From Octopus sinensis (Eukaryota): a stretch of DNA of 64,000 bases. The notes beneath the pieces were generated by a model. The model saw only the letters and a program-made list of their open reading frames with translations, was not told the DNA's origin and did not search any database. The position numbers were made by a program, and so were the translations under genes. Below, in pieces: positions 39,753 to 52,410 of this stretch (position 1 is its first letter; every line of letters begins with the position of its first letter). The DNA lies in contig NC_043006.1 in the NCBI RefSeq assembly GCF_006345805.1, positions 30,814,001-30,878,000 on the forward strand, written 5' to 3'.

Positions 39753-39988
39753 CATCATCATTTAATGTTCATTTTCGATACTAGCAAGGATTGGATGGTT
39801 TGACAGGAGCTGGCATGGCTGGAGAGCTGCACCAGGCTCCATTTGTCTGTTCTGGCATGATTTCTATGGCTAGATGCCCTTTCTAATGCCAACCACTTTA
39901 TAGAGTGGAGTAGGTGTTTTTTACGTGGTAGCAGGTGTACGTATATACACATATATTTCATATCTATAAAAGTATGCATATTTTCTTT
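39753..39988 (-). repeat. Local inverted duplication, copy 2
   Basis: Reverse complement of 38427-38661; the ORF track shows the same 73-aa pseudo-ORF with one difference. Confidence 0.92.
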
Positions 39989-40529
39989 GCTTTTCCCTTG
40001 GATAACACTGGTGGCAAGGACAGTAGTGGAAGATTTCAGGGATCAGAAAGTGTGTACTACGGCAATTGGCACCTGGATTAAAAGAGGGGTCTATATAGCT
40101 TGCAACTCATTTCTACAGCTGAGTGAACTGGAGCAATGTGAAATAAAGTGCCTTGCTCAAGAACACAACACACAGCCCAGTCCAGGAATTGAACTCTTTG
40201 GTTCACAATCTACATGTGATTACAAACCCAACACTCTAACTACTAAGCCATGTGCTTTCACATATGATTATAGCAGTGAGCTACACCCACTCAAAGTCCC
40301 TTTAACCTCAAACTGTGCATTGCAGGTTCAGTATTCAAGCTCTTCTCAGTATTTCAGATGGTAATCAATAGAATTGTAAGAATGGTGGACATATTCTCTA
40401 GCTGTATTTACTTATGGACTTTTATATTCTAAGTTCAAATCTCACTAGTGTCAGCTTTATCGACTTTCCTCTGGACCAAGACAACAAAATATCAGTTAAG
40501 AACTAATGGTAATCTATATTCCTCTAATG

Positions 40530-40778
40530 CAGTGGTTCTCAACCATTTTTTATCTCTGGACCCCTTGATTCCCATTTTAATCGAGGGGGAACCTCCAAGC
40601 AATTCAATATTTAAAATAATCTTATATTTTTATAATTAAATATTATTAGAAATTGTATAAAAAAATTGTTAAAATATTTTGTTACAGTAGAAGTATAACC
40701 TATTTATTGGGGATAAATTTTAACAAAATCTTACGTGGATCTCCAAGGTCCATATGGACCCCAATCAAGAACCAGTTG
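40530..40778. mobile_element. hAT-type MITE
   Basis: Begins CAGTGGTTCTCAACC, decayed reverse TIR (aagaaccagttg), 8-bp flanks ctctaatg / ttataatg (6/8 match). Confidence 0.55.
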
Positions 40779-42509
40779 TTATAATGGATACTAGTGGGAA
40801 TGGAATTATAAGACCTTGTCACTTGACCAGCTGTTTCACCAATTATATAGATCCATACATAATGGAGATAATCAATATCTTATTTATCTAGAGCTTGTAT
40901 AATAAATAGAGAAAACTGTCACAGCTTTCTGTAGTCATAAATGGACAGTGTCCACTCTGGTATTAAATATAATAAAAGAACAGCATTTAATGTCCACTTA
41001 CTGGCAGAGATTGAGCAGAAACAAAGAAAAGTGCTTTGTTTGGTTTTTCCCCAGACATAAATACGCATCAATAGAGAATTAACGCCAATGATTTTGAAAA
41101 ACGGACTCTAAGTCGTAACATTTATAATTGTTTGTATAGCAAAATGGACATATTTAAGCATTTAAAACTGTGTTGAAATTGGATAATGAACTTGGTTCCC
41201 CTAAATTTTAATTCATGTTGGCCCTACTGATATTTTCTTATGTGGGGACAGGCATACCAAAGAACAGACCAAACGTTTCCTCTGCATGTCACAAAAGTGA
41301 ATAAAAGAGGCTGATGTAGGATCTGCACTTTGACCTCATAAAACCCTCACCAACAATGGCTACCCGAAACAGACACATGGGTCGGAGGGTTGTCACCGGA
41401 GTGGCGCAAAGATGTCATCCACCAGGAATAGGGAACCACCAACAAATGGTGGATGCAGCAAACACACAGTTACAGTGCATGCCTCCATACTGTACAGCCC
41501 AGTACATTGGAGAGCAATGACTTAAAAGTTGTAGCATTAATAATTGTCTGTACAGCACGAGGAACAGCTGAATAATGAACTTGGCTCACCTCATTTAATA
41601 TCCGCTTTCCATGCTGGCATAGGTTGGACGGTTTGACTGAGAACTGGCGAACAAGGAAGCTGCACCTAAATTTTAATTTATGTTGACCCAACTGATATTG
41701 GAGAACAATGAAATTCAAGTTATTTCTACTTTTATGTACAGCAATATAAAAGAGAGAGAAAGCTAAAAGTAAACTGAAAGAAACTGGGTCATGAACGCAG
41801 ATCCTCAAGACTTTAACTTACATTGGAGGACAAGGAGTTGTAAGGTGTACTTTTATAGAGCAAGATTAATACACTAAAAGTATAAAATGGGAATTGAAAC
41901 GTCTTGAATTCATTACCAAGATTTTAACTTGTGTTATACGTTTTCCACTTACATGATTTGAGGAAATATAATACAGTCGTATGCTAGAGTTATAGACAAT
42001 GGAAACAAATAATCATCATCAGCGTTTAATGTCCGCTTTCCATGCTAGCATGGGTCGGACGATTTGACTGAGGACTGGCGAACCAGATGGCTGCACCAGG
42101 CTCCAATCTGATCTGGCAGTTTCTACAGCTGGATGCCCTTCCTAATGCCAACTACTCCGAGAATGTAGTGGGTGCTTTTACATGCCACCAGCATGAGGGC
42201 CAGTCAGGCGGTACTGGCAATGGCCATGCTCAAAGGGTGTTTTTTACGTGTGTGTATATATCACTGATACTATATGTAGAGATCTCTAACAATGCACTTT
42301 ACAGTCATATAATGCAATAGAAGGGCAACAAATAAGTATCAGATCCGAATTCAGGTATTTATGTGGAGAACATTATTGTTAATACATATAAATGCACAAA
42401 GAAATAAATTTACTATAATTGCAACTTGAGGCTGAAGAATTGTTATATATCAGAAACAAAATGTTAGGAATACAGGCAATTTTGAATCATCTGATACACC
42501 AACTGGAAG

Positions 42510-43210
42510 CCTCACTAACTGGTAGATACACATTCTAGTAGATGGTCTCATTAACTGAAACACTAATTTGTGGGCAGCCTTACTGATAGAGTTTCAATAA
42601 CTGGTAGAGGATCTCACTAATTAGTAGGTATATTGACTAATAGAGTCTCATTAAGAGGTGCCAACTGATTTATAGTCTCAATATATATTAGTCTAACTGC
42701 TAGTCTCATTAACTGAAAGATGCACCATGTAGTAGATAGCCTCACCAAGTGGTAGATAGTATCACTAAATGGTAGATAACCATACTAACTTGCAGATAGT
42801 CTCAAGAATTGGTAGATAGTGTCACTAACTGGTCAATAGTCTCACTAATTGATAGACACACCAACAGGTAGTCTAATAGACACACCATCAAGCAGACAGT
42901 CTCACTTATTGGTAGACAACCTCATTAAATGGTAGTCTCACTACCTGGTAGATATGCCAACTAGTAGTCTCACTGAGTGGATACTCTTACTAACTTGTAG
43001 ATAGTCTTATTAACTGGTAGTCTCCAAAGCAATTAAGTTGTCTCACTAACTGGTATGTAGGTTTAATAACTATTTGATATCCTAAGTGGTAGATAGTCTC
43101 ATTAACTGCTAGATAATCTCACTATCTGGTAGATATATTAAGTGACAGATAATATCACTACCTGGTAGGTAGTCTTACTAGCTGGTAGGTACATTAAGTG
43201 GTAGATAGTC
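42510..43210. repeat. Degenerate 20-bp minisatellite (consensus AGATAGTCTCACTAACTGGT)
   Basis: Consecutive units at ~42730-42855, e.g. agatagcctcaccaagtggt, agatagtatcactaaatggt, agatagtgtcactaactggt. Confidence 0.85.
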
Positions 43211-44809
43211 CCCACTCTGAAATATAAATTAAGAGAATACTTATAAAGTTCAGCTAGAAGATTGTTAGTCATTGTACAGTCTGTCCACTCTGACATTAGG
43301 TAAAATAAGAGAACAGCATTTAATGTCCATTTGCTGACAGAATGAACAGATCTGTTTCCTGCTGTGCTCTTAATTTTTTCACATCTGGCATACTCAGCAG
43401 TAAAAGAAACCAATCGTTTTTGTTGTGTATGCCAGGGTTTTGGGCTTTTTTTTTTTAATAGCTGGATGCCTTTCTTATTACCAACAGCTTTACAACATGA
43501 AGTAGGATTAACAAGAAATAAACATTAAAGATGCTTTGCTCCAAGCAGAAACTGCAGCTGCTACTTAAATATATTGCAAGCTATTTTTTCCTGTTTCAGA
43601 TAGAAATCAGTTCTTCACTCTACACTTCCGTGTTTTAAAGTTGACAATGTTAGGATCAATTAAAACATCTATGACATATTATAAAGCTATGTAATTTAAC
43701 TGAGGATTGATATATGACCAATAGCAATAGTAATGGACTTGGCTATTAATCAGGATATACGGGGCCGTTTTAACTTTCTTGTTAATGTTCTCATTAGATA
43801 TATATGTGGCGAGCTGGCAGAACTGTTAACCTCTTTATGTTCTGAGTTCAAATTCTGCCAAGGTCGACTTTGTCTTTCATCCTTTTGCGGGTGTGGAAAA
43901 TAAGTACTGGGGTCATCGTAATGGACTAGCATACTCCCCTAAAATTTTTCAGGCTTCATGCCTATAGTAGAAAGGATCAGATATACACAAGCAAACTCTG
44001 TCTCACTTCTGGTCCACATTACATATTTTTTGCTGCCATTCCTTTTAAGAGCTCCCAGTTCTCCTTTCCCACGTTTTCCCTACAAATGTCAACCTGTAGA
44101 AATTCAAGATGAACATCAACTGCATTCATCGCATTAGTCTGGGCAAAAATTACAAAGGTCAGGATGCTGCCCCCTCCTCCTCCACCTAAAAAATATAAGT
44201 AAATAGTATTTGATATTCATATTTCAATGAATGGAAGGCATCAAATATTTGTGAGAAGTGTTTCTGCAACCAGCTTCCTCCACTGCATTGCACCCATCAT
44301 TAATTGCCTTTGGCACTTTCCCTCGTTTGTACTTAATCGCTTTATTGAAGCTATAATGCTGCTATATTTCTCTTTTACTTTATTTGTCTCTTGAGAATAA
44401 GATTTGTATTTTGTGTGTGAAGCAATATGTTACATTGTCAGAAAATATTTCAAAGACTGTATGGAAAGATTAAATGTCAGTTGGTTCCATAAAATTAAAT
44501 TTTGATTTTGCGTTTTGTGTAAATGTCACACTTTATTTGGAAATGCGGAAAAAATAAAAAGACTCCCCAGACAAATATCTGCATCAATAACTTTTTGATT
44601 ACCTTATGTGTGAATGTATAGACATTAACAATGTCTGCAACATCTGCCTACCATCTCAATTATTCATTCTTTACTTGACAGCAAAATGGTGACATGAACT
44701 GGTCTTTAATCTCTCTGGCTGGGTTCTTTTGCTCTTTCTTCCAATCCCTATGGCCTGGTTTCTCTTGTTAGAACTGAGATTCTGTGTAGACCCTTACCTA
44801 TTTCTTTAC

Positions 44810-45029
44810 TACCCACAAGGGGCTAAACACAGAGAGGACAAACAAGGATAGACAGATGGATTAAGTCGATTTTAGCGACCCCAGTGCGTAACTGGTACTT
44901 ATTTAATCAACCCCGAAAGGATGAAAGGCAAAGTCGACCTCGGCGGAATTTGAACTCAGAATGTAACGACAGACGAAATACGGCTACGCATTTCACCCGG
45001 CGTGCTAACGTTTCTGCTAGCTCGCCGCC
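44810..45029 (-). mobile_element. tRNA-derived SINE (second family; copies also ~33640-33810, 36240-36450, 43808-43980, 47185-47400, 50860-51060, 51345-51490)
   Basis: Head ggcggcgagctagcagaaacgttagc, B-box GAGTTCAAATTCC, core cgaggtcgactttgcctttcatcc. Confidence 0.85.
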
Positions 45030-48000
45030 TTACCTCACCTATTTGACCCTCACCTGCTAACCCTAAACCTATTTGATGTTTCACTCCACTATACATCATG
45101 ACAACCAATGCTTCACACTACAGACCCTACAGAGTAAAGAAATAGCTTCACACTACAGACCCTTACCTAAAGATTGTATCTAATCATGTCACCAAAGGAC
45201 TCTATCCTTAAGGAATTTGGCTTCTGTCTTTGCCTTTGCAGTGACAATAAGTCGAATCCATTCCTACAATATGTTTCTACTTAGGTATTGCATCATTTTA
45301 CACGAAGGAACTCAAAGGAGAGCAAGAGAAAATAAAAGAGACATACATTCATGGTAAATGGTGATGGTAGTGGTGACATCGTTGCACAAAAATAACTACT
45401 AGCACTACCATGCAGGTATTCAAACATAAGGTATGTTTATTTTAAATTTCAGCTCACAAAAATAAATTGTTCTCTGTCAACTTACCACAAAACAAAAGCC
45501 AAAACCACCACCACCACCACCACCATCAGCACCTCTGTTACTAACACCTTATTGACATCATTGTCACAACAAACTATTCATTTCTCAATGTGCGTTTGTG
45601 TGTGTATGGTTATATCTGTATTGATGAACTGGCATTTCTCTTGGTCCTTGCAAATAGTTGCTGGACCTTGAGGCAGATCACTGAAGAATTTCTGAGTCAA
45701 AAAGCGATTTTAAAGAAAATCATGGAAAGAAAGAAGGACTTTTGTTTTAATATATGAAGTCAAAGAAATGATTCTGTAAAAGCAAATGAGAAAAGTATTC
45801 TTAAAAACCATAAATCAACTAAGCACATCTCTGTAATTAGTTTTGCTAAGTACACTTGTGTAATTAAGTACACTTCTTGTATTACTGTGAGAAGGTTGTT
45901 AAAATAAATTTCAGGGCAAAAGCACTAATGTGAAGTTAGGAGTGGAAGAGGAGTTAATAAGCAGCTAAATTTAACGACCAAACAAAAGTGTGCGGTTATT
46001 GATATTGTACACTTGTCACTGGTTGACTGCAGCAGTAATAGTGACATTCATTGCTCTGTGCTTTCAAGACTGTTGGAATAAGAAAAAAAAATCTCTTACT
46101 TAAAAACAGGGTTGGCAATAAGAAAGGGATCCAGCTATATGATTCTGCCTCAAGTAATTCCCTACCCAAACTCATGTGAGCATGGAAAAATGGATGTTAA
46201 AGAAATAAATGAATATGTACATATTTTTGTTTGTAATAAGTCTGTTTTTTTTCCGTTTGTATGGATTAAACAAATCTATTATCGAGACAGGGTTTTACAG
46301 CTGGATGCTCTTCCTGTCACAGACTTTTACCTGCTTTTCAAGCAAAGGATCTCTTATGCCACATGTCTTCAAAGGTGCAAAGCCAGAGAGGAGTTTGACG
46401 ACAAAGAACAATGTCACCACTTGACCTCGGAAAAGAGCAAATTTAAGCACACACATATTACAGGCCACTTTCAGTTTCCACCAATTCAAAGAGTCCACTT
46501 ACAATGCTTTGGTCAGAAGGGACAATAATAGAAGACATTTTGAAACTATGTGGCTGCAATCATGCCAGCACCCAGAAAAACTAAAAAAAATAATAAAAAG
46601 ACATCAATTTATGTTTGAGAGAATTTCTCCAGTGAAACTTATGCAGATGACTTTTAAAGCACTAATCATTCATTCCACACTGTCTTGGAATTTTTCTTTG
46701 ACTCAAATTTATGTTTCCAACTCTTTATGTTTGAATCTCATCACTTTTGGAGTCCACAAAATTTCACCTGGGGACAATGATTAAACTGTTCACTTATTCT
46801 TCAGTCTTATTGAAAGCTTTCCAGCCATTGATTCAGTGGGATAAAAGGTAGAGTTTACTGTTCCATTAGTTGAGATAAAGCGCCTTCTCTTTAAACTGGT
46901 ACTTGAATAAAGAAACATTTTCCAGGTCCTTTGTCTATACCACCAAAACCCCAGTGGCCTCACCGCCATTGGCCCAGGTGATATTTTCTACAGCAAATGG
47001 TTCACTGCTATTCACATCAAAGCTATCAATTTTTTTGTAGGACAGAAACTAAAGCAGTTCTCGTATTTCTCCTCTGCAGATATTGCAATAATTTCCATGT
47101 GTGTGTAACCTAATATCTAACTTCCCAGGCAAAATCTGCAGAGGAGAAATCATAACATCAACAGCACAGGGGGAAGAGATATTTGGTGAGCTGGCAAAAT
47201 GGTTAGCATGCCCAACAAAATGCTTAGGGGCATTTCGTCCACCTTCAAGTTTTGAGTTCAAATTCTGCTGAGGACGACTTTGCTTTTCATTCTTTCAGGA
47301 TGGATGAAATAAGTACCAGTTATGCGCTGGGGTCAATGTAATTGACTAGCATCCCCATGCTGCAAAAAGAAATTTCAAGCTTTGTACCTGAAGAAGAAAG
47401 GATGGAAAATAGATGCTAAGTGATGAGAATGGTTATTGAGGTGCTTTATTGAAATAATGATTAGCATTGGACAAAATGCTTAGCAGCAGTTTTTTAGCAA
47501 TTCGTTATGTTCTGAGAACAAATACAATTGAGGTCGACAGTCTTCCAACCTTCTGAGGGTGAATAAAGTACCAGTCATGTACTGGTGTCAATGTAATCAA
47601 CCAACTTCCTCCCATAAAACTGCTGGGCTTGCACCAAAATTTGAAACCATATTATTTTTCTTATTCTTATGGTAGAAAGCTGGCAGAATGACTTGAGCAT
47701 CAGGAAAAATGTCTCTTCCAGCTCTTTATGTTCTGAGTTCAATTCCTATCAAGATTAACTCTGCCTTTCACTCCCTGGAGTTGATTGAAGATGTACCAGT
47801 CAAGTACTGAGAAAGATGATATTGACTTACAGTTCCCCTCAAAACTGGTGGCATAGTGCCTAAGTTAGAAACCATTAATTTTTATTTTTTCATTGGGAAA
47901 AGACTCGAAATCCATGAGAAGCAATAAAAACAGATCTTTTTTAATGTCCTCTTGCTACTTTATAGATAAAATGTTGGTGCCATTTCTCTTCATTCAATAC

Positions 48001-48155
48001 CACAAAGCCCTCACATGCTAAAACCTTCACATGACATCAAGAAATGGTTGTAGGGGTCAGCTCTTAATGAGTTGAGCTTGTGATAAGCTTGGATTTTCAG
48101 TTCAAGTTCCCTATTTACATTTGCTGGATATTTGTCCTCATCTTGTTTGTTGTTA

Positions 48156-48199
48156 ACACAATGTTTTGGCTGATATACCCTCCAGCCTTCATCAGGTGT
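48156..48199 (-). ncRNA. Decayed minimal hammerhead in a PLE pseudo-LTR fragment
   Basis: ACAC-CTGATGA-AGGCTG..CAGCC-AAAA-CAT-T-GTGT; GAAA to AAAA and ACGT to ACAT are both CpG-type changes, so probably inactive. Confidence 0.6.
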
Positions 48200-48731
48200 A
48201 TTTGGGAAATTTTGAACCCAGGTTCTCATTCCTAAGGTATTTTCCGGTATTATTATTAAGGTCACTGCCTGGAATCAAACTCGGAATCTTGGGGTTAGTA
48301 GTCCACGCTCTTAACTACTACGCCATATGCCCACGGGCATATGGCATAGTGGTTCTTAATATAGAACTGTACCAAGTTCCCTATGTCATTACTGTGCCAC
48401 TGTAAAGAATGAATATCACAATATCGCATTGAGAGCTAAGATGAATATCAGAGTACAAGTACCCTCTGTGCCATGGAAATATTGTTTCTGGACATCTTAC
48501 TATATTGTAGAATTTGTAGGAGATGACTTAGCAATTCATTGTTTTGAGTCAACTTTATCTTCAAGCCTTGATCTTTAAAAAATATACCAGTAATATTCTA
48601 GGGACTGTAGCCTTCCTTCAAAAGAAGATAAAAAAAAAACATGTATTTAGTCCATGGAGCAAAATGATTTCTGATATCAATTTGGAGTAAACTGATTTTA
48701 ACGGGGAACAGTTGATTGTGTTCTGTTATTC

Positions 48732-50430
48732 TACCATGTTTCCCTGAAAATAAGACCTGGTCTTATATTAATTCTACATCTAAAAAATGCAGTAGGGCTT
48801 ATTTGCAGGGGATGTCTTATATTTTTGTGGAAAAACTCCATGAAAGACTAAAAAGTCTCATGTCCTCGTGTAAAAGGAAAAAGTCATAAAAAGGAAACTT
48901 ATGTTTTTAGTTATCAAAAGTTTATTTATTTGTTTATTGTTTTTAGTCAAGTATAAACATTTCGTCCTCTTCTGGAACATCATCATAAATCATCAAACCC
49001 CAAACTTCACATTGAATTTCTTGCAAATCCATTTCCTGCAGAATCATGGATTCCAGTCTCTCATATTTGGCAACTTTCCTTAAATGAACACTTTTTGTCC
49101 CGGTACCCTGCTTGTAGTGCAGTGGCAATGCAACTGTTGGTAATTCTATTCCATGAATTCTTCACCCAATTCATGACTTCTTGGAGGTTGGGTTTGACAA
49201 AGTTTCCACACTGATTTCTCTCCATTCTATGTTCAATATATTCATTCACTTCCATCCGTGAATAATCCTTGAAGGGCTTGTTTTTTTACAAGATCTAATG
49301 TTTGTAAATATGAAGTCATCCCTGCAGGAATTATTATGTGGTCAATTCTTCTTTTAGAAAGGAAGGTTTTCATATCTTTTGCATGATGAGCAGTGGTTGA
49401 ATCCCAGACTAAAAGAACTCTTTGAGAACCACATAAAACAAGTGGCATAATTAAATCAACCCATTTTCTTATAACAGCTTGTGTGCATCAAACCTTTTCC
49501 ATTTTACGGACATGAATACCTGAAACTTGTTCTATTTTCTCTTTTTTGACTTTTGTGCTGATAAGCGGTGGGACTTGTTCCATCAAGACGAATTGCTAAA
49601 ATACAAGTAACTCTTGCATTTTTGTAACCTGCTGAACCGACGTTGATTGATGAGGCACCTGTCCAATTGTCGTTTTAGATCCTTGGCCCATAAATACTGC
49701 AATCGCATCTGTAGCAATTATATTGGAGAGATTGTATTTAGAAAAGTCGATGCCATCAATGAAGGACTTGAATGCAAGTGCACGTTGAATCACTTCAGCA
49801 CCCTCCAGCTTGAATAGTGTTGCTGAAGGAAGTTATCCAACCAATGAGGTGATGCTTTGAATATCCCTGGGAGTATATCCAACTGTAGTGCCGTTTCAAG
49901 AGCAAATTCTTGAATATCAGCCCTATGTACAACCAAAGCCTTTGTTCTTCTGTCAGCAATCCATCCCAAGGTGAGAGCTTCCAGCTCCGAAAATAACTGT
50001 TGTCAACCTGATCTACACTTGTACTTCTTCGCATTTCCCTCATTAACTTGTCTGCTGAGATTATCGTACACCGCTTGCCATTTGCAAACCATTCAGAGAT
50101 CCAACATCTTCTCCTTACAGAAAGCCACAAGACTCTTGTTATGTGACTCTTCCACAATTCTTTTCTTGTACTCCAGGACTCTTTCTTTTTGCACTCATCT
50201 TACCTGGAGGGAGGTGCAAGGGAGTCAACTCCGTGCATGCGTGCTTAGTGCAGACTTAAGCCAAGATGCGATAGTTGGTTTATTTTGCAAACATCAAATG
50301 GTCTTGCTAACAAGCCGATGCATTTTTGACTAGGTCTTATTTTTGGGATAGGGCTTATATTAAAAACATCCTGAAAAATTATGGTGGGGCTTATTTTCAG
50401 AGTAGGTTTTATTTTTGGGGAAATACGGTA
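48732..50430 (-). mobile_element. pogo/Tigger-like DNA transposon, ~1.7 kb, both TIRs present, decayed DDE transposase
   Basis: Left end TACCATGTTTCCCTGAAAATAAGACC vs right-end reverse complement TACCGTATTTCCCCAAAAATAAAACC; fragments NIIATD, LLVWDSTTAH, IIPAGMTSYLQTLD, VMNWVKNSW. Confidence 0.9.
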
Positions 50431-51559
50431 TGAGTGTAAAAGCATGTCAGAATCGAAGGTCAATCTTTTTCTTTTTAAGGGGTTAATCATGATCTTGTAA
50501 GTTCTCACAAAGGGGTGGAGGGTATTATTATGATTTATGCTCAATTGGAATATCTCCATGTCCACAGCAAATAGTTGTTACTGAGGTAAGTACTTCGTGC
50601 AAGAACAGGGTGATGAGAGGTGGGTGGCAGACGAGTGAGCCTTAATGAAAGGATATGCAATTACCTAGTTCAAAGGAGCAGAAGCTGTTGTGTCAAAAAT
50701 AGAAGGGTGAGAGACGACCAACAAGAGAGAGAACCAAACTGAATATCACAGAAAATCCAACCCCTGTTTTAAAACAAAGAAAATAAACCTGCGTATTGGG
50801 TGAAATGGCAACTATGACAAAATGAGAAAAAGGGCCACGTTTAAATAATTATAATCCTTTCTGCTAAAAGCACAGAGCCTGAAATTTTGGGGGATTGGAT
50901 TAAGTCGATTACATCGACCCCAGTACTCAACTGGTACTTAATTTTTCAACCCGAAAGGATGAAAGGCAAAGTCGACCTCGGCGGAATTTGAACTCAGAAC
51001 GTAGCGGCAGATGAAATACTGTTAAGCATTTCGCCCGGCGTGCTAACGATTCTGCCAGTTCAATAATACGCATGTTGTGGGCAACGAAGAAAGTGGACGT
51101 GATGATACCAAGTGATTGGCGCGCTTGAAAGTATCAATACTCAACTACTAACAGGACTCAAAAAACATTGGTACAAATGAAAAGATAGAACACCTACAAA
51201 AATCATCATTGTTTGGAACTGTAGTGGTTCTCCGCAGGGTTCCTGAAGCATGATCAGTAAACAAGTGTCGGTGGTTGAGGGCAGCTGGCACTTTCCAGTA
51301 CAACCAACAAAGTAAGCTGAGAGTTTTCATGAAATAATAATAACAATAATCCTTTCTACTTTAGTCACAAGGCCTGAAATTTGGTGGTAGGGGGCCCGGA
51401 CGATCCCATCGACAGATATTTTATCGACCTCGGCGGAATTTGAACTCAGAACGTAAAGACGGACGATATGCCCACGCGCCAACGATTCTGTCGGTTTAGA
51501 CATTCGCCAAGAAATGGAAACAAACTTGAAAGAAGAAAGAATTAAAAAAATCTTTTTTC

Positions 51560-52410
51560 ATTTAAATTATAATAACCTATGAAGCCGACAAGGCAGCCAC
51601 AGCAGCTCGCGTGACTTCAAAAATTACTTGGTAGTCTGGTTCGCGGGACTCTCCGAATGGCGCGCCAAACGAACATTTTCCTTCCTTTTTCTAGTAATGC
51701 GGGCCACCTTACGACGAGCCATGTGTCATGCGGCCCACTCACCGAAAAAAGTAGCCCATGCCTACTCTATGTAACCATCAGATATGCTAGAAACGGCAGC
51801 TAAATCTTCTTAAAATTCCACCCTATCTTTTGCGACCGATTACCCGTGTGTATAGGTCTGCTTGATCACACTTAACCAGAGCTATGCAATAATTTGTATG
51901 ACGACGATTTTTTTAATCTCAATGTATTTGTTGAATATATGCGTAAGAAATATTGCAGTCGGACCATTTAAAATATTTTCCTTTAGTTCTTACCGGCATC
52001 GACTTCACTTTTCATTTCTCCGAGGGTTCTTAAAACAAATTAGTAAGATACAAGTGGAATGAACAGCGTTGTACCTACAGAAAATAAACCCCAAACACTA
52101 TTAAGACGTCCAGAAGAAAGCTCGGTTACTTAATAGTTCGCAGGTTGTGCTTTACGTCACAAGGCTTTGTGTTGTTGACATGATAACGGCGCTGACGTAT
52201 TTAACAGAAAATGAAACGTTTTCACACGATCGGTTGTTAATGTTTAGGCCAAGTGTTGTTTGTTGAGCGACTGTAAGACTTTTCATGATGTTATAGTAGT
52301 CGGCTGATGGCACTGTGTTGATTTTCTGTGGACGAACAAGTCATAGTCAAGGCTCGACCTGATCGGAATTAAAAGAAAACAAAACTATCTTAGCAAACAG
52401 CCCATTGGTA
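51560..52410. promoter_or_regulatory. CpG-rich candidate promoter / first-exon region
   Basis: Locally frequent CpG against a CpG-poor background; E2F-type TTTGGCGCGCCA (minus, 51658-51669); strong donors on opposite strands (minus TCG|GTGAGT at 51743, plus TTG|GTAAGT at 52407). Confidence 0.55.

Noticed and set aside
42510-43210. CRISPR-like array
   Set aside because: Eukaryotic context, head-to-tail degenerate units without unique spacers, and no cas genes.
40932-43341. ~60-75-bp direct similarity between 40950-41008 and 43283-43341
   Set aside because: Short and diverged; most simply two fragments of an old dispersed repeat.
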